A stretch of 64,000 nt of DNA from Truepera sp. (GCA_965218435.1 CBDCKW010000005.1:32001-96000), one strand, 5' to 3'. Counted from the stretch's first letter, positions 31,039-41,520 are shown. The notes: generated from the letters alone by a model not told the origin. Numbers and translations are program-made.

Positions 31039-31119
31039 GCATTTCAATCCTTCTGGATTGCACTGAGTTACCAGGCGGCAGAGTTTACTTGGTAGTTGCT
31101 CACTGCCTGGGCTTTTCTT
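31039..31119 (+). ncRNA. Putative ~80-nt antisense sRNA
   Basis: 5' hairpin CAATCC/GGATTG, single-stranded ACUGAGUU, long hairpin with loop ACUUGGUAGUU, then U-rich tail; both motifs are complementary to the leader of the 433-aa gene. Confidence 0.55.
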
Positions 31120-31129
31120 GCCCCGACAA

Positions 31130-31152
31130 CAAAAAAGCCCCGCACTGGGGCT
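31130..31152 (-). terminator. Intrinsic terminator of the Uma2 gene
   Basis: Minus strand AGCCCC-AGTGC-GGGGCT followed by a T run. Confidence 0.8.
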
Positions 31153-31174
31153 CGCGCACAAATTTGTGAAGGCG

Positions 31175-31729
31175 TTAGCTGTCGAACAGCTCGCTGATCG
31201 GCAGTTGCCATCCCGGTACAACTTCACCACCGTCGAGCGTGTCGTCTACCCCCAGAACCTTCACATCGGCATCGGGAGCGTGGACGAACACCTGCTGCCT
31301 GCGCGGGTTGACGACCACGACCATCTTGGAGCCCGCTTCCAGCCACTCGGCCACCTTGTCGCTCACCTCGGTGTAGAGATCAAAGGGGGAGACGACTAGG
31401 GCGGCCAGGTCGGGCGCACCGGGCCAGTAGCCCTGAACCGGGCCTACCTCGTCGAGCCGCTTCTGACTGATGAAAGCGGCGTCGGGTGCGCGGACGGTGT
31501 CGGGATTGCTGGCGAGTTTGAAGCCCGTTTCGGCGGCGTAGACCTTACCGAGCCTTTTGGCCTTCACGAAGTTTCGCAGCTCGGCAGCGAACTCGAGCGC
31601 GAGCATTCCATGTTCGTTTCCTGCGGGTGCCATCTTCTTCAGCTCCCCCTTTACTAGTTCATAGCGAAAGCCGTCGTTGGGACAGCGGAGGAGTTCGTCG
31701 GCTGTGGTTAGCTGTACCTGGGTGGTCAC
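31175..31729 (-). CDS. Uma2 (DUF820) endonuclease-like protein
   Basis: RYELVKG, VRAPDAAFIS, APDLA...VSP, KV.EWL.AG; GTG start after AGGAGG. Confidence 0.9.
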   Translation of the reverse strand: MTTQVQLTTADELLRCPNDGFRYELVKGELKKMAPAGNEHGMLALEFAAELRNFVKAKRLGKVYAAETGFKLASNPDTVRAPDAAFISQKRLDEVGPVQGYWPGAPDLAALVVSPFDLYTEVSDKVAEWLEAGSKMVVVVNPRRQQVFVHAPDADVKVLGVDDTLDGGEVVPGWQLPISELFDS

Positions 31730-32008
31730 GTCTACCTCCTTTTGGTCCTCACAGTATAGGAGGCCCGAACCTTTTAAGGCAGACTGCACGGCACGTGCGA
31801 TGTTTAGGGGTGCTTCACGCTCCCCTCGACCTCGAACATGACTCGGGTTGTGATGCCTTCGTGCTCTATAAACGCCTTCGACACGGTTTCCGACCGCCTG
31901 TATGGTGACCTTTCTTACTAAGCCGTACGCGTTGAAAGTCAGAGGGTCGTCCTCCGGGTAGTCCTCGTCCTGGCAGCCGTTCCCACGGTGTCTAGCCCAG
32001 TTGTGTAT

Positions 32009-32311
32009 TCAGTTGAGGGTGTGCTCGCCCTGTCCTACTGGCGTTTGCTGGGCGTGCTCGGCTCGCTCGAGCAGCTCCTGATTTTCTCTTCTCTTGAGCT
32101 CGATGAAGCGACCCAGTATCCCGCGCCGTTCCAGTTCCCAGCGCAGCTCGTTGAGTGGAGTTTGTAACGACATGACGTTCTTCATGTCGCCTACGCGCAG
32201 AGCGCGAACTACCTCGGTGCTGATGTGGTTGTAGGCGAAGATGAGGGGGAACAGTTCGAGCCGCTGCGGGTCGGTGAGGTCCAGGGAGAGAGTCACTTTA
32301 GCGTCCTTCAT
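32009..32311 (-). CDS. Hypothetical protein
   Basis: 100-aa ORF with ATG start directly after the DsbA-like gene. Confidence 0.5.
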   Translation of the reverse strand: MKDAKVTLSLDLTDPQRLELFPLIFAYNHISTEVVRALRVGDMKNVMSLQTPLNELRWELERRGILGRFIELKRRENQELLERAEHAQQTPVGQGEHTLN

Positions 32312-32314
32312 TAA

Positions 32315-32909
32315 CTAAGCCTTGGATGGTGTTCCAGTCGGGGTTGGCGTAGGCTTGACCTTGCACCACCACGGTGGGCGTTCCCCGAATGCCGATCCCC
32401 TGGCGCACAAGGTGTTCTGTTCGACCTCCTGAGCAGTCGAGCCTTTCTCAAGACACCCGCGCAAGGGTTGCGACTCGAGCCCTCGCTTACCGGCCAGCTT
32501 GACCAGCGCCTCTTGGTTCACGCCGGGCATCTCGAAAAAAGCGCTTCATGTAGGGCTGAAAACGCTGCCTCTCCCTGCCTTGCCGCGCAGAGTGCGGCCG
32601 CCGCGGTAAGTTTCGAGTCTCACCCAGCATCCCGATGGGAACGACGGTGAAGCTTAGGTCTCCGTTAGCAACGAGGGACTCGGCTTCTGGTATGACCTGT
32701 CCCTCGAACGTCCGGCAGTGGGGGCAGCGGTAGTCGGTCAAGACAACCATGCTTTCCGGGGTGTCGACCTGCCCTAGCGTGAGCCCGTGAAGGTTTCGCA
32801 GGGTGTCCACCTTGAAGGGAGCGCGGGCGCGGTAGGCGCTGCTTCCGAGGTAGAGCAGGGAGAGTGCGGAGAGGACGATGCCGGTTGTGAGGGTAAGACG
32901 CCTGTTCAT
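32315..32909 (-). pseudogene. DsbA/thioredoxin-fold protein, frameshifted
   Basis: N-terminal TM, TDYRCPHC; downstream part continues in other frames; TAGGGT 6 nt before the ATG. Confidence 0.7.
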
Positions 32910-33080
32910 AGCATTACCCTAGAGACTTTTGGAAAAGCGCGCACTGTTAAGCAGGGAGGACGTCCAGAACGCACTTCTGGCAACCTCTCAGCCCTGTGAG
33001 ACCCCATCGTCGGATGCGTTTTCCCTTAACAGCTCGTGGGGCGCGGTTCCCTTATTACCTTGCGAACAGGAGGTGAGGAA

Positions 33081-33281
33081 ATGGAAGGAACGACGAGCAA
33101 GCCGAGAAAGCCTCAGCTCGGTGAGGTCTTGGAGGCCGAGGTGCTGGCGACGTACTTGAAGCAGCGGCGGGGAACACTCGTCCCGTACCGCGACCGCATC
33201 ACTGTTTCAATGGGCTTTGGTGAGGAGGGCTTCGATCTGGTACGGGTGGCGCAGGGTGTGCGCTGGCAACGGACAAGATAG
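33081..33281 (+). CDS. Small hypothetical protein
   Basis: Strong SD AGGAGGTGAGG before the ATG; followed by the SD of the next gene. Confidence 0.55.
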   Translation: MEGTTSKPRKPQLGEVLEAEVLATYLKQRRGTLVPYRDRITVSMGFGEEGFDLVRVAQGVRWQRTR

Positions 33282-33289
33282 GGAGGATC

Positions 33290-34075
33290 ATGCACGACAC
33301 CGAATCTATTCAGCGTAAGCACGAGCGCCTGAAGATGTCGCCTCCCGACCCGCGTATCCATCAGGTCCGGGGGCAGGCGGCTCTGGACCTCGCCAGAGCG
33401 AAGGACTACACGCTCGAGGTGGACATTCAGGTGTGGCGTGCGCACACCGGGGCGCTTTATTACGACAACTTCTATGATGTGGAGCTGGACAGCGCGGACA
33501 TGAAACAGCTGCTCCGGGACGGTTTCGTGGAGGGGGACTTCTTTCTCAACCTGGGTGTGGATGAGGCGACCGAGGATGCTCTTGTACTTGAGCTGTTCGA
33601 CGCCACCGAGCCCGAGGCGGACGGTTACAGGAGCGTGCAAGAGATCATCGGGTTCACCCGGGTCGAGCCGCTCTTCGTGGGTTCGTTGCTGAGCTGGGGC
33701 AGGGTCGGTGAAGCGCTGCTGCGCCTGACAAAGCAGGGGACGTTAGAAATCTTCCAGAAAGACGTCCATCCCATTGACCTCGACAACGCGTACCGTTACG
33801 CGGACGTCTCGAGGGAGCCGCCGCTAACCGAGGAGCAGGTGGGCAAGTTTCAGGAGCTTTTGCGGGAGCCTTACCTGGACGATGACGACCTGAGGGTGCT
33901 GGTGCGCTCTTCGCACCTGGCTTTTGCGGAGGGTGTCGAGGCGGAGCTGAGGGAGCGGCTTGCTGAAGGGAGTGAGGCGTCGGTTCGTGCGGGCAGCGTG
34001 GTGCTCGCACTTGCGGACTGGGCACGAAGAGAGGTGGAGCGCGGGGGTAAGGGTCAGGTTCTAGTGACACGGTAG
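33290..34075 (+). CDS. Acidic hypothetical protein
   Basis: SD GGGAGG; 261-aa ORF, no motif recognised. Confidence 0.7.
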   Translation: MHDTESIQRKHERLKMSPPDPRIHQVRGQAALDLARAKDYTLEVDIQVWRAHTGALYYDNFYDVELDSADMKQLLRDGFVEGDFFLNLGVDEATEDALVLELFDATEPEADGYRSVQEIIGFTRVEPLFVGSLLSWGRVGEALLRLTKQGTLEIFQKDVHPIDLDNAYRYADVSREPPLTEEQVGKFQELLREPYLDDDDLRVLVRSSHLAFAEGVEAELRERLAEGSEASVRAGSVVLALADWARREVERGGKGQVLVTR

Positions 34076-34259
34076 CGGTCGTTGTTGGGCTTCCTTGGCA
34101 CGCTAGCGAGTCGAAGCGGTACTCGTCCGGCCAGAGCCTTGCGGTTAGGCAGCGGTCTTTGTTATGCGGTACTCGGGCCGGAATTACGCGAACTTAAACT
34201 CGTACCAAGCGGTGTACACGTTACGCGACCTGCTGCACCGATTTAGCCTCTGGAGTCCC

Positions 34260-34829
34260 TTAGGGCTGCAAAAGGTCAATTAACCGTTCTGCACCTTTGT
34301 AGGCGTCCGTCAGCCCCTTTTCTCGACGCATCCGCCCGCCCGCCTGAAGGTCGATCAGCCCGTGAACCGAGGCGTAGATCAGGCCGGTCAGTTCCACGTT
34401 GGGCACGCCAGGAAGGCTGCCTACGTCTTGACACCCCTGCACGATAGCGGCGAACTCAGCAAAGGACTTAAGAGCCGCCGCCTCGAGGTCGTGTTCGTCA
34501 CCTTGCGCCGCGATGTCCGGGTCGCTGAAAAGAAGTCGGTAGCGTGCGGGGTACTGCTGACCGTAAGAGACGAACACCCTGAGCGCCCGCTTCAGCTTCA
34601 CGAGCGGGTCTAGAGGTAGCTGCCGTAGCTCGGCGAACGCGGTGGTCAGCGCCGCAAAGTCTTGCAGTGCTACAGCTCGGAGGAGTGCACTCCGGTCCTC
34701 GAAATGCTTGTACGGGGCGTTGTGCGACATTCCCACTGCCTGCGCTACGGCCCGAATGGTTACGGCAGCCTCGCCGCCGGTGTCGAGCAGCGAGGCTGCT
34801 GCAGCGACGAGCCGCTGGTCAGTTCTCAC
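34260..34829 (-). CDS. TetR-family regulator (WHG-type C-terminus)
   Basis: VTIRAVAQAVGMSHNAPYKHF; ASVHGL. Confidence 0.9.
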   Translation of the reverse strand: MRTDQRLVAAAASLLDTGGEAAVTIRAVAQAVGMSHNAPYKHFEDRSALLRAVALQDFAALTTAFAELRQLPLDPLVKLKRALRVFVSYGQQYPARYRLLFSDPDIAAQGDEHDLEAAALKSFAEFAAIVQGCQDVGSLPGVPNVELTGLIYASVHGLIDLQAGGRMRREKGLTDAYKGAERLIDLLQP

Positions 34830-35039
34830 TGAAGGTCCAAGGACCGCTTGTTGGCTTGAGGCCGACCGAGTTGTTCAGAATTTCACCGTAAGTTAATTGC
34901 TTGAGCTGCGTCATACGAAATTTTAGACGACCGCGCCGCCCAGCACGAGCCGGGCTTGTTCGCACGCCTCTTAGCACTCCCTAAACCGAGGCTGGTACCG
35001 CCCCCGACGGTATCGCTACCGACAAGACCGCTGCGGGTG

Positions 35040-35906
35040 CTATAAATTTCCTGGGCGGGCGGTGAGGCCCAAGTTTCTAGTGACGAAGCGGTCGAATGTG
35101 GCGTCGCTCAGCAGGCCCGCCACGCGCGCCATGAGTTTAGCGTCACGCCCGACGAGGTAACGTGTGCGTGGCCTGCGCGCCTCGATGGCATCAGCAATTA
35201 CCTTTGCCGCGCGGAGCGGTTCGATACCGCTACCTGCCTGAACCTTCGACTGCTTATGCATGGCAGCAACTAGGTCGCCGTAGTGCGCGTGCTGCTCGGC
35301 GGTCATAGTGGCCGACAGCTTGTCCATGGTTGCGATACCCTTGCCCCACATGGGGGTAGCGATGGTCCCGGGTTCGATGACGATGACCTTGACACCGACC
35401 CGACCGACCTCGCGCCTGAGCACGTCGCTGAAACCCTCCAACGCAAACTTCGCAGCGGCGTAAGCGCCGTAGGTCGGAAAGGCGACCCGTCCGCCGATGG
35501 AGGAGACGTTGACGAGGCGTCCGTCACTACCTTCGATCAGAGCGGGTAGCAGGGCTTGCACGACTGAGACGTGCCCGAAGAAGTTTACGTCGAAGTGCCG
35601 TCGCCACTCAGCCAAGGGGATCGCCTCCACCGGAGCGTTGAGCGCAACGCCAGCATTGTTGACCAAGGCATTGAGACGGCGTCCCTGCGGGTCATGAGCG
35701 GCGCGGTCGGCCAGCGCCGCGACCTGCGCCTCGTCGGTGATGTCCACGATTACCGGCTCAACGTTTTCGCTAGCTAGTCGGTCGGCGTCTTCATGTTTGC
35801 GGACCCCCGCTAAGACATGGAATCCGCGGCGTGCGAGCTCTTGGGTGGTTGCAAGGCCAATGCCGGAGGACGCTCCTGTTACGACAGCCATTTTGTTGGT
35901 GTTCAT
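35040..35906 (-). CDS. Short-chain dehydrogenase/reductase
   Basis: TGASSGIG, NNAG, YAAAK. Confidence 0.93.
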   Translation of the reverse strand: MNTNKMAVVTGASSGIGLATTQELARRGFHVLAGVRKHEDADRLASENVEPVIVDITDEAQVAALADRAAHDPQGRRLNALVNNAGVALNAPVEAIPLAEWRRHFDVNFFGHVSVVQALLPALIEGSDGRLVNVSSIGGRVAFPTYGAYAAAKFALEGFSDVLRREVGRVGVKVIVIEPGTIATPMWGKGIATMDKLSATMTAEQHAHYGDLVAAMHKQSKVQAGSGIEPLRAAKVIADAIEARRPRTRYLVGRDAKLMARVAGLLSDATFDRFVTRNLGLTARPGNL

Positions 35907-35975
35907 CTCTGTTAACTCCTTTAATGCACTCCGGACGACTAGAGGAAGTGCCGTCGGAATTCCGCAACCGCCTTG

Positions 35976-36019
35976 GTTGTCATTGTCAACCCTACTCTAA
36001 GGAGTTGTCATTGTCAACC
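35976..36019. promoter_or_regulatory. Tandem operator upstream of the SDR gene
   Basis: Two identical near-palindromic 16-mers GTTGTCATTGTCAACC at 35976 and 36004. Confidence 0.7.
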
Positions 36020-36186
36020 TTTCAATAGATAACCTTCCAGCACAGCTTGAACGCGGCTTGACAAGCCACGAGATGCCGAAAGAAAAAATAGCGGTGTGCG
36101 GTCATTGAGCGCGACGCTGCCATAGACTTTGCTACTTCACGGGTATCTTGAACGACCTCTAGACAAACTATGGTCTGGAGTTTTTT

Positions 36187-37006
36187 TTGGACCAAAGCTC
36201 CAAACCCACGCTCACCACTGCCATTCGTTCCTATCTCGAGGCAAAACGCCTTGACGGGTATAGCCCCCGGACACTTTACTCGTACCGCCGACAACTGCAG
36301 CACCTCGCCGTGCATTTGGGAAGCGATACGCTCGTCGATCGGATTCGACTCGAATATCTTCGCCCTTACCTATCCAGCTTCACGCATTTGAAGACGTCGA
36401 GTCTGGCAAATAGGGTTCGGGTCGTCAAGGTGTTCTTCAAGTGGCTGCACGAAGAAGAGGTGTTGTTACGAAACCCTGCAGTAAAGCTTAAAGAGCCTCG
36501 GCTTCCTCACTGCATCCCGAAAGCATTGTCCACCGAGGAGATCGAGTTGTTGGGTGACGCCTGTAAGAGTCCGCCCGAGCACGCCCTCACCGAGTTCTTC
36601 TTCGCCACCGGTTGCTGGGTCGGAGAGTTTCACGCCCTTGACCAGGATTAACGTGAACTGGACCCAACGGAGTGCCATCGTGCTGGGTAAGGGCAACAAA
36701 GAGCGAGAAGTTTACTTCGGTGCAAAGGCGGCTTTGTGGCTCAAGCGCTATCTCGATAGTCGCGGGGATTTGAGCCCCGCACTCTTCGTCACCGACCGAC
36801 GTCGGGCACAAAAAGACGGTGGTTTGAGCCGACAGCGCTTGAGCATCTCCCAAATGCAGCGCGTCTTCAAGCGCGTGGCTGCCAGGTGCGGCCTTGCAAC
36901 GCGGGTGACGCCGCACGTTCTTCGGCATACTCTAGCGACAGCGACCCTTCTACTGAACCAGGACGCGCCCATCGCGGCGGTGCAGTCGATCCTGGGGCAC
37001 GCCTAG
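36187..37006 (+). pseudogene. Tyrosine recombinase (XerC/D-like), frameshifted and truncated
   Basis: SAM-like N-domain, ATGCWVGE (catalytic R lost), VLGKGNKER, TPHVLRHT, ILGHA*; catalytic Tyr absent. Confidence 0.88.
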
Positions 37007-37485
37007 CTCGCATGAGGTAACCGTAAAAGGCTGGAACGTCCAAGCTAATTCCCTCCGGTTTTAGGAAAGCTGACGAAATCAGTTGCGAGCTTGTGGGTAA
37101 CGTTTTTTGTCTGCATTACAACAGGCATATGTCCTCCGACACGGCTTACGAACCGCGCTCAAATCAGAAGTGGGTTGTGAGGCTGTCCGGAGACCCGCGA
37201 TGGTAACATTGTAGCAAGGTTTCAAGCAAGTTTGTTCGACACTTGCGCCGCTAAACTGCCCATTCGCAGCACAAGGGACATGTTTAGAACGCGCTCGTTA
37301 ACTGCATAAGACTACGTGCAATGGAACGTAGCTGCTTGACTACTTTAGCGGCAAGAAAAAGGGCGTTAACTTGCATTTTGGTCGTGGAGGCCCCACGCTG
37401 ATGCTGCTTTATAGCTTAGTCACGCTACGCCGAAAAGAGTCCACACTGTTTGAGAAATATCATGACGGAAACCTCGTGATAACCG

Positions 37486-38256
37486 CTACTGAAAGCTCGC
37501 CTCGAACACCTTGATGATGCGCCCCTCGAACCCCAGGTAAAGGAAGAGAATGGGGAGTGTCGTGACGAGGGCGGCCGCGCCCAAGAGACCCCACTCGAGC
37601 GGCCTACTCCTCAGCAAATCGCTCAAAAAGACCTGTACCGTCGGCAGGGCGTTGGCCATCACTCTCGGGTACAGCACCAGGTTCCAGTGCGCGGCGAAGG
37701 CGAGAATGCCGGCGGCGAGGAGTTCGGGGCGGAGGAGCGGCGCGAGCACGCGAGCCATGAGTGTCACTTCGTCGGCTCCGTCGAGCCGCGCGGCCTCTAC
37801 AAGCTCCCACGGCAGACGCCGCAGCGCCTGGAGCAGCAGAAAGATGACCAGAGGGCTCCCCAAAAAGGGAATGACGAGCGCGGCCAAGGTGTCGAGTAGG
37901 CCGAAGCCCTGAAGCTCACGGTAGAGGGGGATAAGCAGCAGTTCAGAAGGGAGCGCGAGCGCCAGCAAGACAAGACCCGTCACGGGCACACCGGTACGGA
38001 TGGCATAGGCCGCCATAAGACCAAAGGCTAGTTGACCGCAGACGGTAAGGCTGCTCGCCAAGAGCGACACGAGCAGCGCACGTCCCACGCCTGTCCCCGC
38101 GAGATCAATAAAGTTGCCGAGGCTGAACCCCGTCGGCACGAGCCGCGCGCTCAGCATCGCTTCGGTTGGCAAAAAGGCGGCGTAGAGAAGCCACGCAAGC
38201 GGCAGCGCCACAAACACGCAGAACATCGCGGTGACGAGGCGGTTGAAGATCTTCAT
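37486..38256 (-). CDS. Carbohydrate ABC permease (MalG/UgpE-like)
   Basis: ELVEAARLDGA EAA loop, multiple TMs. Confidence 0.9.
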   Translation of the reverse strand: MKIFNRLVTAMFCVFVALPLAWLLYAAFLPTEAMLSARLVPTGFSLGNFIDLAGTGVGRALLVSLLASSLTVCGQLAFGLMAAYAIRTGVPVTGLVLLALALPSELLLIPLYRELQGFGLLDTLAALVIPFLGSPLVIFLLLQALRRLPWELVEAARLDGADEVTLMARVLAPLLRPELLAAGILAFAAHWNLVLYPRVMANALPTVQVFLSDLLRSRPLEWGLLGAAALVTTLPILFLYLGFEGRIIKVFEASFQ

Positions 38257-39146
38257 GCACGGCTCCGGGTCATCAGGATGCGCGCTTGCAGAAACGCCAC
38301 GACCAGTGTCAGGGCAAGTATCAACACCGTGAGCGCCGCACCGTAGCCGAGTTGCAGGCGCTCAAAGGCCGTCTCGTAGAGGTAGTAGCCGACGACACGG
38401 GTGCTGCCGAACGGTGCGCCTTTGGTGAGCAAAAAGACCGCGGTGTAGGATTGAATGGCAAAGACCGTGCCAATAACGATGAGAAACAGAAGCGTCGGGC
38501 GCAGCAGCGGGTTTACGATGAGGCGCTGCACCTGCGCCTCGCTGGCCCCGTCGATGCGGGCTGCCTCCTTGACTCCGGTGGGAATCCCCTTGAGGGCCGC
38601 CGACACTACTAATACGCCGTAGCCCGTGCTCTGCCAGAGCGTAAAGAGCACAACGTAGAGGAGCGCCGCCCAAGGCTCCGTGTTCCAGGGGAGCGATAGA
38701 CCAGTCAGCTCCCGAACGAGGCCGTAGTCGGGGTTGTAGAGCGAATACCAGGCAATGGCCGACCCACCGACGGTGACGAGGCCGGGAAAAAAGAGCAGCG
38801 CCTTGATGGAGCGCTCGAGTGGCGTGCCGTCGATGGCAAGCGCAATGGTCCGCGACAGCCAGAGAAAGGCCGGCAGCATGCACACCGCGAAGAGGAAGGT
38901 GGTGCGGAGCGAACGCCCCAGTTCCGCGTCCTGCAACAGGTACCCAAAGTTGGCGGTGCCGACCCGAACGGGTTCAGACAACCCCGACCAGTCCCAGGTA
39001 GCGTAACGCACTACCGACACGAGCGGGATGAGGAGGAAGGTGACGAGCACCAGGAGGGCGGGCAGCGCCAGCCACCAGGCGCGGGGAAGCCGGCGGCGCC
39101 TCCGGCGTGACCGCGAAGGGATTACGGGGTGTTCGAGGCGACTCAT
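38253..39146 (-). CDS. Carbohydrate ABC permease (MalF/UgpA-like)
   Basis: EAARIDGAS, TKGAP.GST; start placed at ATG 39146. Confidence 0.88.
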   Translation of the reverse strand: MSRLEHPVIPSRSRRRRRRLPRAWWLALPALLVLVTFLLIPLVSVVRYATWDWSGLSEPVRVGTANFGYLLQDAELGRSLRTTFLFAVCMLPAFLWLSRTIALAIDGTPLERSIKALLFFPGLVTVGGSAIAWYSLYNPDYGLVRELTGLSLPWNTEPWAALLYVVLFTLWQSTGYGVLVVSAALKGIPTGVKEAARIDGASEAQVQRLIVNPLLRPTLLFLIVIGTVFAIQSYTAVFLLTKGAPFGSTRVVGYYLYETAFERLQLGYGAALTVLILALTLVVAFLQARILMTRSRA

Positions 39147-39157
39147 GGACCGTTTGC

Positions 39158-39738
39158 CTAAAAAAGCACCCGCACGCCTAGGGCGAGGGGTAAGTGATCG
39201 GTGCTTACGAACTCTATGGCGAGGCTCTCTGCGTCGAAGTAGTAGCGCAGCCCTATCGCCCATGCAAGCGAAAACCCCCGCTCTGACGCGTAGCCGGGCG
39301 CTAGATATAAAGATGCGGTCATCGGCAGCCGGAGGCTGAAAAGCAGATCGGTGCCGAGCAAAGGACCCACGTGCAGGCGAGGCCATCTGGTCCGTAGCCC
39401 GTATCTGCGCCTAGACCTAGCGCGAGCGGCGGCGTGGTGCCGAAAGCCGGAAAGACGAGCGCCGATCCTGCAATCTTGAAACCCACCTCGGCAAGATCTG
39501 TGAGGGGAGCGTACGCCTCGAGCCCCAACGACAGGTCGAGGTAGCGCACCGGCAGGATGGTTTCAAAGCCCACTGTCCCCCCCACCGTGCCACCGCTATA
39601 GCTGAGGGCGGCAAAAACAGCGTCCTCGGGAAAGACGGAAGGGTTAGCTCGGACGCTCGTCAGCGAGAGGGCACAAACTACCAGCAGCGTCAGCTCGAAA
39701 TAAGAAATCGGGCGCTGGAGAGGTTGGAAGCGTGCCAT
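39158..39738 (-). pseudogene. Putative small beta-barrel OMP, frameshifted near 39375
   Basis: Amphipathic beta strands; second frame ends ALGVRVLF with terminal Phe. Confidence 0.6.
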
Positions 39739-40946
39739 CAGCGGCTCTCCAGGGCGCGGCGCTGTGCCTCTTCGAGTGCGACCTCAGGCGGCACGCCGCC
39801 CCGCAAGCACTTCTCGAGCGCCTCCTCTAAAAATCCCTGCCAGACCGCGTACGCGCCGACGCGGGGCCGAGGGACGGCGTGCTCGAGCTGCGCGAGCGCC
39901 ACCCGCCGGCTCGGGTCTTCTTGATACCAAGGCTCGAGCAGGGGCAGCGCAGCCCGTCTGGTGGGTAGATAGTACGAAGCCTCCACCCACGTTACCTGGT
40001 TCTCGGGCTGCATCAAGAACTGCCAGAACGCCACTGCGCCCCGGCGCTCCGCTTCGGTAGCGCTTTTAAGGACCACTAGCTGCGCGCCTATCAGCGGCAC
40101 GGCGGCGCTCCCCCCTGTCGGCACCGGCGCGACGGCCGGTCTAAAAGCCACCGAGTAACGCTGCCCCTCAGGCCAGAAGGCGATGCTAGCAAAGGCCATC
40201 ATCCCCTTTGTGCGGACGAAGTCAACAAGCGCGACGTCGAGTTCGGCAAAGCTGTGTACTGTAGCGTGTCCCTCGTCGGCGATGCGCTTAAGCATCGAGA
40301 GGGCGTCTACTGCTTCGGAGCTGTTAAAGTCAGGCTGGCCCTCCTCTGTCACGATGCTCCCCCCGCGTGTGCTGACCATCATCTCGAAGATGAATGCTGT
40401 GCTGACGTGGATGTAGCCTTCGGTCTGCCGGGTCGTCAGGCTCGCCGCCGCCGCCTCGAACTCCGCCCAGGTCGTCGGCACGGCGACGCCCAGCTGCTCG
40501 AAGGCGGTGGCGTCATAAAACAGCACCGGTAGCGACAGCGTCCAGGGAAGGCCGTAACGCCTACCTTCAAGTTCACCGGCGTGCCATAGCGACGGGTAAA
40601 TATCATCGACCAACGTTTCTGGAAGCGCCGCGCTTAGGTCGCTCAGGTCAGCAAGTACCCCCTCCTCGACCAACCGCGGAAATACGGTGACCTCCGCATT
40701 AAAGAGCACTGGTTGATATGCGCCGCCAAGGGCAGCGATCAATTTGATGGCCGCTTCCTGATAGTTGCCGACGTAGCGGGGTATGACACGGTACTCGTTC
40801 TGGGCAGCGTTAAACGCATCAGCAAGAGACTGAACGGTGCCTTGGGCGGCGTCCTGGGTGTGCCAGTACTCGATTACGGTCTGCGCTTCGCCAAAAGAAG
40901 CAAGGCAGATCACAAGAAGTGTCGTCAAGCGGTAAAGCACGGACAT
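39738..40946 (-). CDS. ABC solute-binding protein (UgpB-like)
   Basis: Signal peptide, IEYWH, YGLPW..S.PVLFY, YLPTR. Confidence 0.9.
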   Translation of the reverse strand: MSVLYRLTTLLVICLASFGEAQTVIEYWHTQDAAQGTVQSLADAFNAAQNEYRVIPRYVGNYQEAAIKLIAALGGAYQPVLFNAEVTVFPRLVEEGVLADLSDLSAALPETLVDDIYPSLWHAGELEGRRYGLPWTLSLPVLFYDATAFEQLGVAVPTTWAEFEAAAASLTTRQTEGYIHVSTAFIFEMMVSTRGGSIVTEEGQPDFNSSEAVDALSMLKRIADEGHATVHSFAELDVALVDFVRTKGMMAFASIAFWPEGQRYSVAFRPAVAPVPTGGSAAVPLIGAQLVVLKSATEAERRGAVAFWQFLMQPENQVTWVEASYYLPTRRAALPLLEPWYQEDPSRRVALAQLEHAVPRPRVGAYAVWQGFLEEALEKCLRGGVPPEVALEEAQRRALESR

Positions 40947-40973
40947 AAAACCTCCTCAAACAAAGACGGCAAG

Positions 40974-41423
40974 CTAGAAGTGAAAATTGACGCCGAGCCC
41001 GAGCCGTGCCCGGAGCGCTGCCGCACTAAAAGCGTAGATGGGTTGCGCCTCGGCAAAGAGCCCGACGATACCGGTGCGATATTCCAACCCCGCCGTAGCG
41101 TGTGCACCATAGTTCGCCTCGGCGACAAAGACGTTTGCATATAGGTCCAACCCGGCACCCAGATATCCGTGCGCTCCGCCTCCAAGCGGTTGTGCGTAAA
41201 GCAGGTCGGCGTGCACGGAGGAGGCAAGCAAAAACGTATCGAAAGCGGCCCTGAACTCGAGCGGCCCTGTCACCCGGATGCCCACCTGCAACCCCAGGTA
41301 CGGAAGCCTTTCAGCAGACTCGTCGAGTGAGCTGGCCCCGGCCAACCGAAGACCGATATAAGTGCTTTGAGCACCCGCGCAGGACAAGACAAAAAAGGTA
41401 AGCAGTGCCAACAACGTCTTCAT
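40974..41423 (-). CDS. Small beta-barrel outer-membrane protein
   Basis: Signal peptide MKTLLALL...AQS; ends LGVNFHF. Confidence 0.75.
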   Translation of the reverse strand: MKTLLALLTFFVLSCAGAQSTYIGLRLAGASSLDESAERLPYLGLQVGIRVTGPLEFRAAFDTFLLASSVHADLLYAQPLGGGAHGYLGAGLDLYANVFVAEANYGAHATAGLEYRTGIVGLFAEAQPIYAFSAAALRARLGLGVNFHF

Positions 41424-41520
41424 GGTTTCTCCGATACATGCCAGTGTGGCGCTTGGGTATTCAGTCTCCGAGTTAGCTTCTCGGTTTAACCTTGATTTGA
41501 CCTCGAGCATGAATGACCTT

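Noticed and set aside
30921..31060. Classic same-strand C4-type antisense RNA located between two target copies
   Set aside because: The minus-strand spacer holds no good complement of either motif; the complements arise only from the plus strand.
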